In this document: piece after piece, positions 10,473-21,235 of the stretch
How the letters are laid out: each line of letters begins with the position of its first letter
How positions within the stretch are numbered: the first letter of the stretch is position 1
IMG/VR virus record: IMGVR_UViG_3300028610_002494
Coordinates: 1 to 64,000 of that record
Length of the DNA: 64,000 nucleotides
From: a virus
Strand: one strand, 5' to 3'
The notes under the pieces: generated by a model
Seen by the model: the letters and a program-made list of their open reading frames with translations, nothing else
Told to the model about the DNA's origin: nothing
Database searches by the model: none
Translations under genes and position numbers: made by a program

Positions 10473-10969
10473 AAGTGTCATATAAAGAACCACGATCATA
10501 TGTTCATGATATAGCATTAATACGAGGAATTGATCTACTTGTAAATATGATTGAACAATTGAAAGTAGGTATGGAATCATTACAAAATGTATTTGGTGAA
10601 TGGCAAGAAAGTAGTACATTAGGTTATGAAAATCAGGTTAAAATTATTTTTGGAGCATCAGCTGATAATAAAGCATCTTTATATTTGGTTAATTGTTTAA
10701 GTAAATTAAACAAACATAAGATGCATGAATTTCCACATCGTGAATATATGATTACATTAACAATAGATTGTCTTGATGCTATACTTCGTGCAGCTCGTGC
10801 TCATGATCATATTTGGAATAAAGCTCAATTACATACAGTAATGAGTGCTTTAGGAAGTGCTCAAGTTGTAAAAGGAAAAGCACTTGCATATATTGATTAT
10901 GAAGATGATGAAGATAAAAAGAAAGAACAAAAAAAACACATAATAGGAAAAAATAATGGGAGAGATTAA
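10466..10969 (+). CDS. Hypothetical helical protein
   Basis: 167-aa ORF overlapping both neighbours. Confidence 0.55.
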   Translation: MLKVSYKEPRSYVHDIALIRGIDLLVNMIEQLKVGMESLQNVFGEWQESSTLGYENQVKIIFGASADNKASLYLVNCLSKLNKHKMHEFPHREYMITLTIDCLDAILRAARAHDHIWNKAQLHTVMSALGSAQVVKGKALAYIDYEDDEDKKKEQKKHIIGKNNGRD

Positions 10970-11981
10970 TTCTCAAGTAGGTTCACTCAAAAGAATCAAA
11001 AATAGATTACATGGTAAAATAAAAAAAGGACAACAATTTAATAATGAGATTGATTGTTGCGAAGAGTTTACATTTATAAGATGGCTTGATAAAATTGATT
11101 TTAATAATGATATGAATGAAAAAAATATAACTCATTTAGTTTTAGATGAAAGATATGATTTAGGTGAAATACTTGAGCATGATTTAATAAATCCTGTACA
11201 TTATGAAATAAACACAGTGCTTGGTATAATTGGATATACAGGATCAGGAAAATCTTGGTTAGTGCTAAGAGTTGTTGAGACGATTAGTGAGGCTTATTGG
11301 AAATTTAAAAGAAAAAGAATAAAAGTCCATATATGTTCTAACTATAATGAATTTACTGTGGCAGTCGTAAAATCAAATGTTGATGATATAATTTGGTGTG
11401 ATGAACTTTCATTATCTACTGGAAAAGGAAGTAGAACTCAAAAAATTCAATTAGAAAATATATTACATCAGATTAGACAAAGAAAAAACACTTTTTTGTT
11501 AGTTGATCCAACACGAATTAAAGTTGATATATGTTATATGTATTTAAAAGCAGCAGGAATAAACTTCAATACTGGTGTTTCAAGATTTATGTTATTAAAC
11601 CAATCCAGAAAGTATTTTGGTCATGTTTATTTTTATAGACCTGATACAATAACAGAAGAATATAAAAAGAAAAAAACTGACCAACAAATTCAGATTATTG
11701 ATTTAAGAGGAAAAGTATCTGCACAAGATGCAAAGGATATTGAAACAAAAAAAGAGAGAAAAAAAGAGATTGATGTTATAAAAAGAGGAATTAAAATTTT
11801 AGAGAAAGAACTTCCAGACTCAAGAAAAAATAAACATAGAGATATATATCATATATGGAAACTCTATAAAGAAGATAAACGAATTTATTCATTTGGTACA
11901 ACAGCAAGAGATTTTAGATTAGATGATGGAAGTGTTAAAAATATATTTTATGAGTTAAATCAAATAGTTGAAAATTATTAG
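10956..11981 (+). CDS. P-loop ATPase, possibly a Zot/pI-like morphogenesis or packaging ATPase, with C-terminal HTH-like region
   Basis: Walker A GYTGSGKS, Walker B IIWCDE, HQIRQR arginine motif; ends the membrane-protein module. Confidence 0.6.
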   Translation: MGEINSQVGSLKRIKNRLHGKIKKGQQFNNEIDCCEEFTFIRWLDKIDFNNDMNEKNITHLVLDERYDLGEILEHDLINPVHYEINTVLGIIGYTGSGKSWLVLRVVETISEAYWKFKRKRIKVHICSNYNEFTVAVVKSNVDDIIWCDELSLSTGKGSRTQKIQLENILHQIRQRKNTFLLVDPTRIKVDICYMYLKAAGINFNTGVSRFMLLNQSRKYFGHVYFYRPDTITEEYKKKKTDQQIQIIDLRGKVSAQDAKDIETKKERKKEIDVIKRGIKILEKELPDSRKNKHRDIYHIWKLYKEDKRIYSFGTTARDFRLDDGSVKNIFYELNQIVENY

Positions 11982-12699
11982 TTTTATATTATCTAATATT
12001 GTTTACAGTTAATAGATTAAATAATTTAATTATAAAATATTATTAAGTAATATAAAATTATTATTTTTTAAGTCTTAATAAACACTTTCTACATCTAATA
12101 GAATAAATATTAAAAATTAAATTTATTATTAAAAATATATAATATTTTTTTTATATATATTTATCCTCAAAAAATTAAAAAAATTAAATTTTTACCTATA
12201 AACTTATCTAAATTATAACTCTAAGTGTTATAAAAAAATTAAATTTTTTATACTGATTTAATCAAGCTTTTTTGAGTATCAAACATCATTTTCTTATCTT
12301 TTTTAAAAAACTAAAACATAATGTTCTAATATTAGAGAGTTTGAAGTATAGTTTTATTAGGTTTAAAGTTTTTAGAAGATTGGTAGATTCATTACATGAG
12401 AGTTGTATAACATATTTTAAAAATAGTAGTTCAAATTATATGTTTAAAAAAAGTTAATTTTTTCTTAATAATTTTGTTAGTTTACATAAAAAAAGGTTAA
12501 AAAATAAGGTTAAAGGTATTTTTTATCTACATCAGAATAAATTATTTTTATCATCTAACCTTTTATATTACTATAAAAAGTTTCGTTCTTAAATCGACCT
12601 TTAAATTGATATTTTTAGAATAATATTTAGAAGGTTGGAAAGTGATTATGTTAATGATTTTGATAATAAGTTTAGTAAAAGTTTTATTAATATCATATA

Positions 12700-12760
12700 A
12701 GTTTAACTAAAAACAAAACATTTATATATTAGTTTTACTTTATATTTATTGGGAATAAAA
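12700..12760 (+). promoter_or_regulatory. Archaeal promoter, copy 1
   Basis: actaaaaacaaaac + TTTATATA (12721) + gggaataaa starting 30 bp after the TATA start; near-duplicate at 14561. Confidence 0.7.
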
Positions 12761-12788
12761 AATTAAACTTAAAATAAAACTGATTAAA

Positions 12789-13313
12789 ATGATGCTAACA
12801 GAAAATGAATGGTGCCAAGCAATGTTTGGCAGAGATAACCATAAAAGCTTTAAAGAATATATTTATGAATGCTATGAATTTGGTGATTCAGTAAAAGAAA
12901 TCTCAGAAGTTATTGGAAAGTCTAAATCTACAGTTTACAGATATCTTCAAGAAGTTATGGAGAAAGTTAGATTTCCAGTACTAAAAGAACAAATTAAAAC
13001 TGCTCTAAAAACTGAATATTTTGAATTTTTCATAAGGAATCTTTCATACAGTGATATCTGTTTAATTAGGAGAAAATTCAGGCTTTTTGGATATAACAAA
13101 GAATCCAAAATAGTTAATATCTTAAATTATTTTAAAGATTTCTCAATCTTAGGTTTATATCCTGAAGACTTGACAAAACTTAAAATTAAATTAGCTTTTC
13201 GAAAACGTGCGAAGGAAACTCATCCAGACTTGAATAAGAAAGCTGATAAGTTTGGAAAAGAATTTCAAGAAGTTTATCGAGTTTATTCAGAATTAGTTAA
13301 AATTTATGTTTAA
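12789..13313 (+). CDS. HTH + DnaJ-type J-domain protein
   Basis: SVKEISEVIGKSKSTVYRYL HTH; IKLAFRKRAKETHPD...FQEVYRVYSEL J-domain with intact HPD. Confidence 0.8.
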   Translation: MMLTENEWCQAMFGRDNHKSFKEYIYECYEFGDSVKEISEVIGKSKSTVYRYLQEVMEKVRFPVLKEQIKTALKTEYFEFFIRNLSYSDICLIRRKFRLFGYNKESKIVNILNYFKDFSILGLYPEDLTKLKIKLAFRKRAKETHPDLNKKADKFGKEFQEVYRVYSELVKIYV

Positions 13314-14559
13314 ATTAAAAAATGGAGGCTTAAATAAAATGAACCCTGAAAAAATGGATTTTTTAAATGATTTATACCAAAAAAATATTAACACTATTAA
13401 AACTAAAGATTATGAAATTCTTTACAAAATTGCTTTTTTTAATCAAGAAAAATATATTCAAGAAGCAAATGATCTTATTCAAAATTATGATAATCAAATA
13501 AACCTAATAAGAGGTAAATAAAAAATGTCTCAATTAATCGCTGGGAATGGACAACAAAAATTTGTCTACAGTAATTGTAAAGGAAAATGCTCTGAATGGA
13601 ACGAATGTTATAAAGAATTATCAAGTAGACATATAGTTGATGGTAAATGGGTTAAAAATTATAGTGTAATATGTAATAGAATAACTATTTCTGAATTGAG
13701 ATATTGTTTAGAAGATAAGTGTAAAAGTGAATAAAAAATGAATAATACAATAGAGTATAAAGCTAAAATAAATGGGAGAGGCAAGTTAAAATTATATGGA
13801 TATACTCCTAAATTTTTCTGTGTATTTTATATTGAAGGTTTAGGAGAAAAGAAAGCTATGATTTCTGTTTCTGATCATAATATGAATAGATGGGGAAATT
13901 TATTCAGCAATGATCCTATATCAACAATTTCTAAAGGAGATACAGTAAGTTTTATGTTTGATGGTGATATTACAAATATAGAATGGTTAAATGTTGATTC
14001 TTATAATATAACAATACTTGATAATTCTGGAACGAAAAAATGGAATATTGAAAGAGAACAATATAGAAAACAAATGAAACAACAACAAGATGCTGAATTT
14101 GAACGTGAACGTGAAATAAGAAGAGTTAAAAACGAAAAACGAATTGCAGAAAGAAAAGAATTATATAAAAAATATCAACAATGGTATTTTAAAGAATATA
14201 ATTCTAAAACAACAGGTTCTAATATTTTGAAGATGTATAATGTATTGAATTTGATTGAACATGTTCATTCTTTAATTGGTGTTAGAGGTAAAAAAGGATT
14301 TTATACAGGTGGTGATTGGAATAGACCAACTGGTCTCTATGCAAACGTGTTTCATGGATTAAATCAAAATATAGTTAATAAAGCATTAAATGAATTAACA
14401 GAAAATGAATTTGCAGAATTTAAAATATATAAAGTCATTCAAATTGAATCACATACACGGATTACAACTGAAACCAAACAAAAAGGGATTCGAATAATGA
14501 AAAAAGGTCATATTTTTTTAACAAAATTTAGAGATTTTAAATATAAAAAAATTTTATAA
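13306..14559 (+). CDS. Three hypothetical genes (13306-13521, Cys-rich 13525-13734, 13738-14559)
   Basis: Tightly packed ORFs; no recognised motifs. Confidence 0.5.
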
Positions 14560-14560
14560 A

Positions 14561-14621
14561 AGTTTTACTAAAAACAAAAGATTTAAATATAAGTTTAACT
14601 TTTTATTACTTGGGAATAAAT
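14561..14621 (+). promoter_or_regulatory. Archaeal promoter, copy 2
   Basis: actaaaaacaaaag + TTTAAATA (14582) + gggaataaa at 14612; same spacing as copy 1. Confidence 0.7.
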
Positions 14622-14638
14622 AAATAAAACTTAAAAAA

Positions 14639-14992
14639 GTGAAAATAAAAATGACTCAAAAAATAATTGAATATTGTTTATCGTGTAATCAGAAAACAGA
14701 TCACAAGGAAGTTAAAGGATTAGAAAGTAATGATAATGGAGTAATTCAAAAATATTATAAATGTGAGAAGTGTAATATGTCTTATGTTTGGACATATTTA
14801 ATAAAAGCACTTAATTATTGTCCTAAATGTGTAGATTTTACAATTCAAATAGTTGGGATAAGATGGAGAGTTGAATGGACTAATTTTAAATTTACATGTA
14901 AATGTGGTCATATTGAAAGAAATAAAGAATTACATCCATTACAATCTGTTGAAGAAATAATTATGGAAGCACTTATGGAGAAAAGTGAATAA
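14639..14992 (+). CDS. Double zinc-ribbon protein
   Basis: CLSC, CEKC, CPKC and CKC motifs. Confidence 0.6.
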   Translation: MKIKMTQKIIEYCLSCNQKTDHKEVKGLESNDNGVIQKYYKCEKCNMSYVWTYLIKALNYCPKCVDFTIQIVGIRWRVEWTNFKFTCKCGHIERNKELHPLQSVEEIIMEALMEKSE

Positions 14993-15188
14993 AAAATGTT
15001 AGTTAAAATTAAAGGACGAATTAAACGTAATGGTCGATTTTTATATATTGATAATATTGGTTTAGTTATAGCCATTTCTCAATATGGATATTTAGTTAGA
15101 GAAATGATTATTGATGAACCAAGACAATATGGCAGAACTAAATTTTGGGTTAGTTTTAAAATAACAACTGATTTGGAGGAATAAAAAA

Positions 15189-15359
15189 ATGACAAAAAAT
15201 ACAAATAATCCTAAAAAACCACGATATTATTGTCCAAAGTGTGAAAAAACGTATGTTAATAAAAGTCCTTTATATAAACATGTTATTAAGTGTATGGGAA
15301 AAGATGATGCTTATATGATGGAAATAACTGAACATACAATATTTAAATTAAAAAATTAA
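15189..15359 (+). CDS. 56-aa C2HC zinc-finger protein (not in ORF track)
   Basis: YYCPKCEKTYVNKSPLYKHVIKC. Confidence 0.6.
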   Translation: MTKNTNNPKKPRYYCPKCEKTYVNKSPLYKHVIKCMGKDDAYMMEITEHTIFKLKN

Positions 15360-15404
15360 ATAATAATTATTTTTTTAAAATAACAGAATAATGGAGTAAT
15401 AAAA

Positions 15405-15985
15405 ATGACAGGTAAAAACAAAAAAATGAATTTTTCAATTTTCAAAGGAATTAAGATAAATAAAGTTCAAGAAGGAAATTGGAATCCAAAATTAATAAGA
15501 AAGGTGTTAGAAAATAATCCTATTGAACTTATAAAACAGTTAATTGATTTTATGTCAAATAAGTGTAAGATAATAGGAAAAATTGATGAATCTGATAAAA
15601 TTTTATTTAAAACATTAGAGGAGATGATAAAATAATGGATATTTTTGAAAAGGTTAAACAAAAAATAGAGGATCAAATTATTGGTTTAGAAGATGAATAT
15701 GGAGAAAATTCAAGTGAACAATATGATATTAGTTCTGAAATTGAAAAAAAAGAGAAGAAGTTGGCAGAAATTGAAAAGAAGATAAAAAATTCAACAAAAG
15801 TTGGAAGACCAAAAGGAACAAGAACTAAGAAGTTGGTTGTTCCAGCTCACATAAAAACTTTATTTGATAATTTGGATAAATCAATAAATTCAGTTTGGGG
15901 AGTACAAAAGAATGGTAAAATTAAGTGGGATGCCAAATTTAGTATGTGGTTAGTTTTTAAAGAATATTTCAAGGAGCTGATGTAA
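15405..15985 (+). CDS. Two hypothetical genes (15405-15635; coiled-coil 15635-15985 with GRPKG AT-hook-like motif)
   Basis: Coupled ORFs with RBS. Confidence 0.5.
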
Positions 15986-16339
15986 GAAATGAATGAGATC
16001 AAAGAATATCTATGGAATAATAAAAAACAAGCAGGAGTTTTTTGTATAAGATTTCAGAAAAATAAGGAGTTAGATACTGCTCAATATTATTGGGGATGTT
16101 ATAATGCTTACCATCAAATTTTAGTTAGATTTAGAAGAAGATTTAAGGTGGTGGCAAAAAATGAATAAATCAGAAATAATGGATAAAATGGTTGAAATCC
16201 AAGAAAGGTATAATAATGATCCTAATAAATTTCAAAAGGATCTTGAGTTTATAAAATTAGCTCAGTTATTAGGAAGAACAAGAAGAAAGATTATACATTT
16301 ACAAACAGTAAAAGAAATAAATGGAGTTGGTAAATAATA

Positions 16340-16819
16340 ATGTCAAAAAAGTGCGAAATTTGTAATAAATGGTTGAAAAATAATAGAGGATATAATATAC
16401 ATTTTCAAAGAATGCATGGGAAGAAGCAAATGTTCAATGTATCACAATTAGAATTTATTTTAAATCGTATCCAAAAGTTAGAATTAGACAACAATTTTTT
16501 AAAGCACCAAATTAAGCATAAATCTTTTGTTAATAGTTCAAAAGACTCTGGACTTAACTGGGATATTCCAAAAGAGATTAAGGAAGCCAAGAATGAAACT
16601 AAAATATCAATGAATTTTGTTGTTAAAGAAATAATGATTATCTTTAAAAGTCAAGAACCTTTTTTAAAAAAGGATTTTAGATTTAGTGATGAAGAATTAG
16701 GGATTAAGGAAATAGAAATAACTCAAAAAGAAAAGGTTAATCCTTATGATTTACTTAAACCCATTAATCCTATTGAAGTTCCAATTATTCCTCCAATTAT
16801 GGTGGAAGTTTTAGTTTAA
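16340..16819 (+). CDS. C2H2 zinc finger + coiled-coil protein
   Basis: CEICNKWLKNNRGYNIHFQRMH. Confidence 0.7.
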   Translation: MSKKCEICNKWLKNNRGYNIHFQRMHGKKQMFNVSQLEFILNRIQKLELDNNFLKHQIKHKSFVNSSKDSGLNWDIPKEIKEAKNETKISMNFVVKEIMIIFKSQEPFLKKDFRFSDEELGIKEIEITQKEKVNPYDLLKPINPIEVPIIPPIMVEVLV

Positions 16820-18444
16820 ATTAATTTATTTTTTTCTTTTTCTTTATTATAATATTAAAGCTTAAATATCAGTAAAAAAGTATTATAATTATTATAATAT
16901 AATTATTTTAATCAATAAAAAAATAAAAAATAATAGGTTTAAACAATGAAAACATCTGTAGTTATTAGAAGAACTAAAGAAAAAATTATAAAAAAGAAAA
17001 CAGATATCAAAAAATTAGCTAAAGTATATGTTAATGTTCCAACTAATAATAAAACTAAAGAGAGAAGTATTTTAGGTAAAATGCAGACTCAAAAGAATAA
17101 GAAAAATAAGTTGGAACGATTACTTATAAGAGTAGAAAAAAGAAAGAAAGAAATGCCAGAGATGGTTTGGAAAAGAAATAAATCACACACTGAAAACATA
17201 TTAGCTAATTTAGATAAATAAACCTAAATAAAAAAAGAGTTGATAAAAATTAGTTCAAATACAAGTGGTATTATTCTTAGAGATTGGAGAAAAGGAAACA
17301 TAAAAAAACCAAAAAAGAAAAAGAAATCTAAAAAATTAACACGTTTCCATGAATATGATAAGAAAATTGGCAAAAAACATTTTTCTGTTTATTTATCAAG
17401 AAGATCGAAAAAAATGAAACCACATTTTTTTAGAAATAAAAGAACTGCAAATAAACAGGCAGAAATAATAAAAAAAGATAGAACTATACATAATACAAGA
17501 GTAGAACCATATAAGAAGAGTTTTGTTATATATTTTCATTAAAAATAAACTCAAAAAGGTAAAACAAAATGGTAAAAAGAAAACGTGGAGATACTAAAAA
17601 GTTTGAATTAGACGGTAAAAAAGTCAATTTCAAATTCACAAGTATGGCACATGGTGTAAGATCCAGAGGTGCAAGGAAAGAAGGAGCTAAAAGTAGAGGA
17701 TATTATGTAAGAACTGAACACGAAGGTAAAGGAGAATATTCTATTTGGATTCGAAAAATTAAATAATTAAATATTTTTTTAAAATAAAAACAGGTAAAAA
17801 TAATGGTTAAAAGAAAAGCAGGTTCAAATGAAAAAATATATAATGGAAAAATATACAAGAGACATGGTCAAGGTGTAATACCAACAGAATCTAAAGCTGA
17901 TAAAATAGTAGATGAGCTTCATAAAAAAGGATATAATGCTGTTAAACAATATAGATCAAGACAAAAAGCATATTTAGTTTGGAAAAGAAAAAAAGGTAAA
18001 TAAAAGTTGATAAAAAATGAAAACAATAGCACAATTTAGAAAATTTAAAATAGGAAAAAAGTCTTATGATTTTGAGTATGCTGGACATAGATCAACTAAA
18101 GAAAAAGCACAGAAATTAGCAAAAGAAAGAAGGAAACATGGTTATGCAAGAGTTATCAAGAAAAGAGTACCAAATTTGAAGTGGAATGCTAAAAAGAAAA
18201 AAATGGATGATATAGGAAAGAAAAAAGAGTATTTTGTTTATGAATATGGAAGATATCTTGAAGAAGATAAAAGAAGGAAGAAAATAAATAAAACATTGCA
18301 GAAGAGAGCAGCACAATCAAGGTTAGATCATAGTAGAGAGATGGATTATGGCACTAAAGGTGGTATAAGAAGATGGTAAAACCTAAACTAATTAATAATT
18401 ATATTAAATAAAAATCAAAAAGAATTAGTAATAGATGGTAAAAA

Positions 18445-18582
18445 TATGGATATGGAAAATATCTTGATTAGAAGATCTGGAATCCTTTTGAGTCCATTCC
18501 TCAAAAGGACAGGTCTGTTTCCTGAAGTCATCCATAATAAATCATTGAAACACCACAGGGAGAATTCCACTCCCTGTGGACA
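18445..18582 (+). ncRNA. Putative structured RNA motif A, copy 1
   Basis: GC-rich intergenic island with stems TCCTTTTGAG/CTCAAAAGGA and CCACAGGGAG/CTCCCTGTGG; second copy at 30018-30174. Confidence 0.65.
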
Positions 18583-18908
18583 ATTAAATAAAATAAGGTG
18601 AATAAATTGGCAAGAAAAAAGAAAAAAGGATCTACAATAAATATAGAGAATTTTAGTCTTATCTCTGGGAAAAAAAGGTTTAAGATAACAAATATACAGA
18701 GAGCAACACGCAATACATCTATGTATAGAGCAGGAATGCCTAAAGGAGAAAAGTATGTATATAGTTTTATGAGTAAAAATGTTAAAACTGGTGAATTAAA
18801 ACGACTCTATATTTATGCTGATTCTAAATCAAAATTAGTGAAAAAATTTGGAAAAGAGTATAAAAAATATTAAAAATAATATTTTTTTTTAAAAAAAGGT
18901 AAACAAAA

Positions 18909-19178
18909 ATGAAAGGAAAAAAGGGAAAAAGAAAAAATAAAGATTATAATTATATGGTTGGTCTTATGCCATCTTCTCATAGTGTTGATAAATCCAAGAA
19001 TCTACTTAGAAAATCAAAACATATGAGTTTAAAAAATGCAAGAAGAAAAGGTGAAAAGGTTTTTAATAGAGTATTATCAACTGATCCTGAAGGTGCAGAT
19101 GTGATGATTTTCAAAAAGAAAAAAGGAAAATATAAACCACATAGCTATTATACTGGTGAGTGGGAAAGTTATGATTAA
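18909..19178 (+). CDS. Basic protein, paralog of 20637..20948
   Basis: Shared YMVG, MSLK.ARRKGE..FN and VMIFKKKKGKYKPHS. Confidence 0.7.
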   Translation: MKGKKGKRKNKDYNYMVGLMPSSHSVDKSKNLLRKSKHMSLKNARRKGEKVFNRVLSTDPEGADVMIFKKKKGKYKPHSYYTGEWESYD

Positions 19179-19775
19179 AGATTTTTAAAAAATAAAAAAT
19201 AAAAACAAATTGAGTTGATATCAATAATGAAGAATAAACCTTTTATAGTATCTAAATTGCCTGATGGAAGAACAAGAAGATTTTATGAACATCCAAAAAA
19301 TTTTAAAACAAAGAAAAATGTTAAGAAGAAAATAGCTGGTCTTAAGAAATTACATAAACCTTGGAATAAAAAGCTTTATTATAGGACAATAAAGAAAAAA
19401 GACAGAACAAATAAAACAATATACAAGATTTATATTTATTCAACAGAACCAAATTTTATGGAAGGATTTAGAGGAAAATAATAACTAATTATATAAAAAA
19501 GGTGAAATTATGACTAAAGGATTCAAAACAGGTAAGAAAATGAATAAATTATATCATAAACCAATTAAGAGAGCTTGGTCAAGAACAAAAGCACATTTCT
19601 TAGATGCACATCCAGATATATTATCAGATTTTAATAGAGAAAAGAAAAGTAAATGGCAAAATAGAATTAATATTGCAAGAAAAGAAAGTGGATTAAAACC
19701 TTATGATAATAAAGACTGGAAAAAGTTCTATAAGGATGGTTAAAAATTAATTTAATAAAAAATAAAATTTAAAAG

Positions 19776-20018
19776 GTGATAAAAATAGGAGATTTAACAA
19801 GTGATGTTATTATGGCAATTTCTGATAATCCTAAAACAGCAGATGTGAATTATATTGCTTGGCATTCTTATAGAACAAAGAAGGTCATAAGGAATAAACT
19901 TAATAAACTTAATAAAAAAGGGATTATCAATAAATCTAAACATCCAAAAGATAAAAGAAAGAATGTGTATAAATTATCAAAAAATTGGAGAGCTAAACTA
20001 AAGAAAATTAAAATATAA
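19776..20018 (+). CDS. Winged-helix-like basic protein
   Basis: LNKLNKKGII.KSKHPKDKRKNVYKL, a MarR-like wing; probable ATA start at ~19785. Confidence 0.6.
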   Translation: MIKIGDLTSDVIMAISDNPKTADVNYIAWHSYRTKKVIRNKLNKLNKKGIINKSKHPKDKRKNVYKLSKNWRAKLKKIKI

Positions 20019-20045
20019 ATAAAAATAAAAAAGGAGGAAATAAAA

Positions 20046-20303
20046 ATGAAATTAGGTTTTAGAGAAAAAAAGATATTACAACATCTTGCAAAAAGAGGTA
20101 AACGAAATGAAGACCAATTACTTTATAATATTGAAGGACATAGCTATGTAGGACCTTCATATCCTGTAATGGATTCTATAAAGAGTCTTAAAAGAAAAAA
20201 ACTCATTAAACGACAAGGAGAAGATATACGAACAGGTCTTAGACTTTATAGTTTAACAAATGAAGGCAAGATTGCATATGTTGATAAAGTTGTAAAAAAA
20301 TAA
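20046..20303 (+). CDS. Winged-helix-like basic protein, paralog of 21749..21994
   Basis: MKLG...KK.L..L, L..K.L.KR, Y.LT..G; same upstream leader as 21749. Confidence 0.65.
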   Translation: MKLGFREKKILQHLAKRGKRNEDQLLYNIEGHSYVGPSYPVMDSIKSLKRKKLIKRQGEDIRTGLRLYSLTNEGKIAYVDKVVKK

Positions 20304-20636
20304 ATAATTATTATTATTTTTTTAAAAAAAGGTAAATAAAAATGAAAGATAAGAAAAAATACTATTGTAATAAAGATAAAAAAAAACATATGATTAACTC
20401 AAAAATTGGAAAACAACATTTAGGATCAGGAAGATTTGGAGATCTTAATAAAATGAAAACTAAAAAACTTGCTACACTATTCAATAAAGTTGATAAGGAG
20501 TTAGATTATCAACAAAAACATAAAACTAACATCTCTAATAAAGATTTTAATAAATTAGAAAAAAAATGGGATAGTGTATTTAAAGTCTTAAAAAAGAGAA
20601 AATCATATAGGAAAATACTAAAAAAGGTAAATAAAA

Positions 20637-20948
20637 ATGAAAAGAAAGAAGAAAAATAAAGATTTTAAGTATATGGTTGGTGTAGTTCCATATTATGGTG
20701 ATGGACATATACCTAAAACTAAAAATGTGATTAAAAGTTCTAAATATATGAGTTTAAAAGATGCAAGGAGAAAAGGTGAGAATATCTTTAATAAGACACC
20801 ACCTAAACCAATGAGTGATGATGCTGTGATGATCTTCAAAAAGAAAAAAGGAAAGTATAAACCACATAGTAATTATTATAAATATAAAGGAAAGAAAGGA
20901 TGGGAAAGAGTAAGCACTGTAGAAGATTTAAGAGAAGGAACAGGTTAA
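20637..20948 (+). CDS. Basic protein, paralog of 18909..19178
   Basis: Same shared motifs as 18909. Confidence 0.7.
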   Translation: MKRKKKNKDFKYMVGVVPYYGDGHIPKTKNVIKSSKYMSLKDARRKGENIFNKTPPKPMSDDAVMIFKKKKGKYKPHSNYYKYKGKKGWERVSTVEDLREGTG

Positions 20949-21235
20949 ATAAAAAAGAGTTGATAATAAAATGAAAAAAGATAAAAAGAAAAAAACAAAA
21001 ATAATATCAAAAAATTTAAAACCTTTTAAAATAAAAAAGATTGGTACTAAAGGTGTGACTATAAAAACATTAAGAACAAAATTTAAAGGAGAAAAAACAA
21101 CATATAGTTATGAGTTTAAGGTGTATTCAGGAAAAACATGGAAAACTACAAAGAATTATCGAGCACGAAATTTAAGAAATGCAAAAAAGAAATTAACAAG
21201 AGATTTAAAAAATACAAAAATACCAAGATTATAAA

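Noticed and set aside
12272-12457. 61-aa ORF in the AT-rich gap
   Set aside because: TTG start without an RBS and no motif; likely spurious.
18445-18582. Motif A as tRNA, hammerhead, SECIS or H/ACA RNA
   Set aside because: No cloverleaf or TTCGA, no CTGANGA/GAAA core, and no in-frame TGA selenoprotein nearby. ACA follows both hairpins, but there is no pseudouridylation pocket or K-turn.
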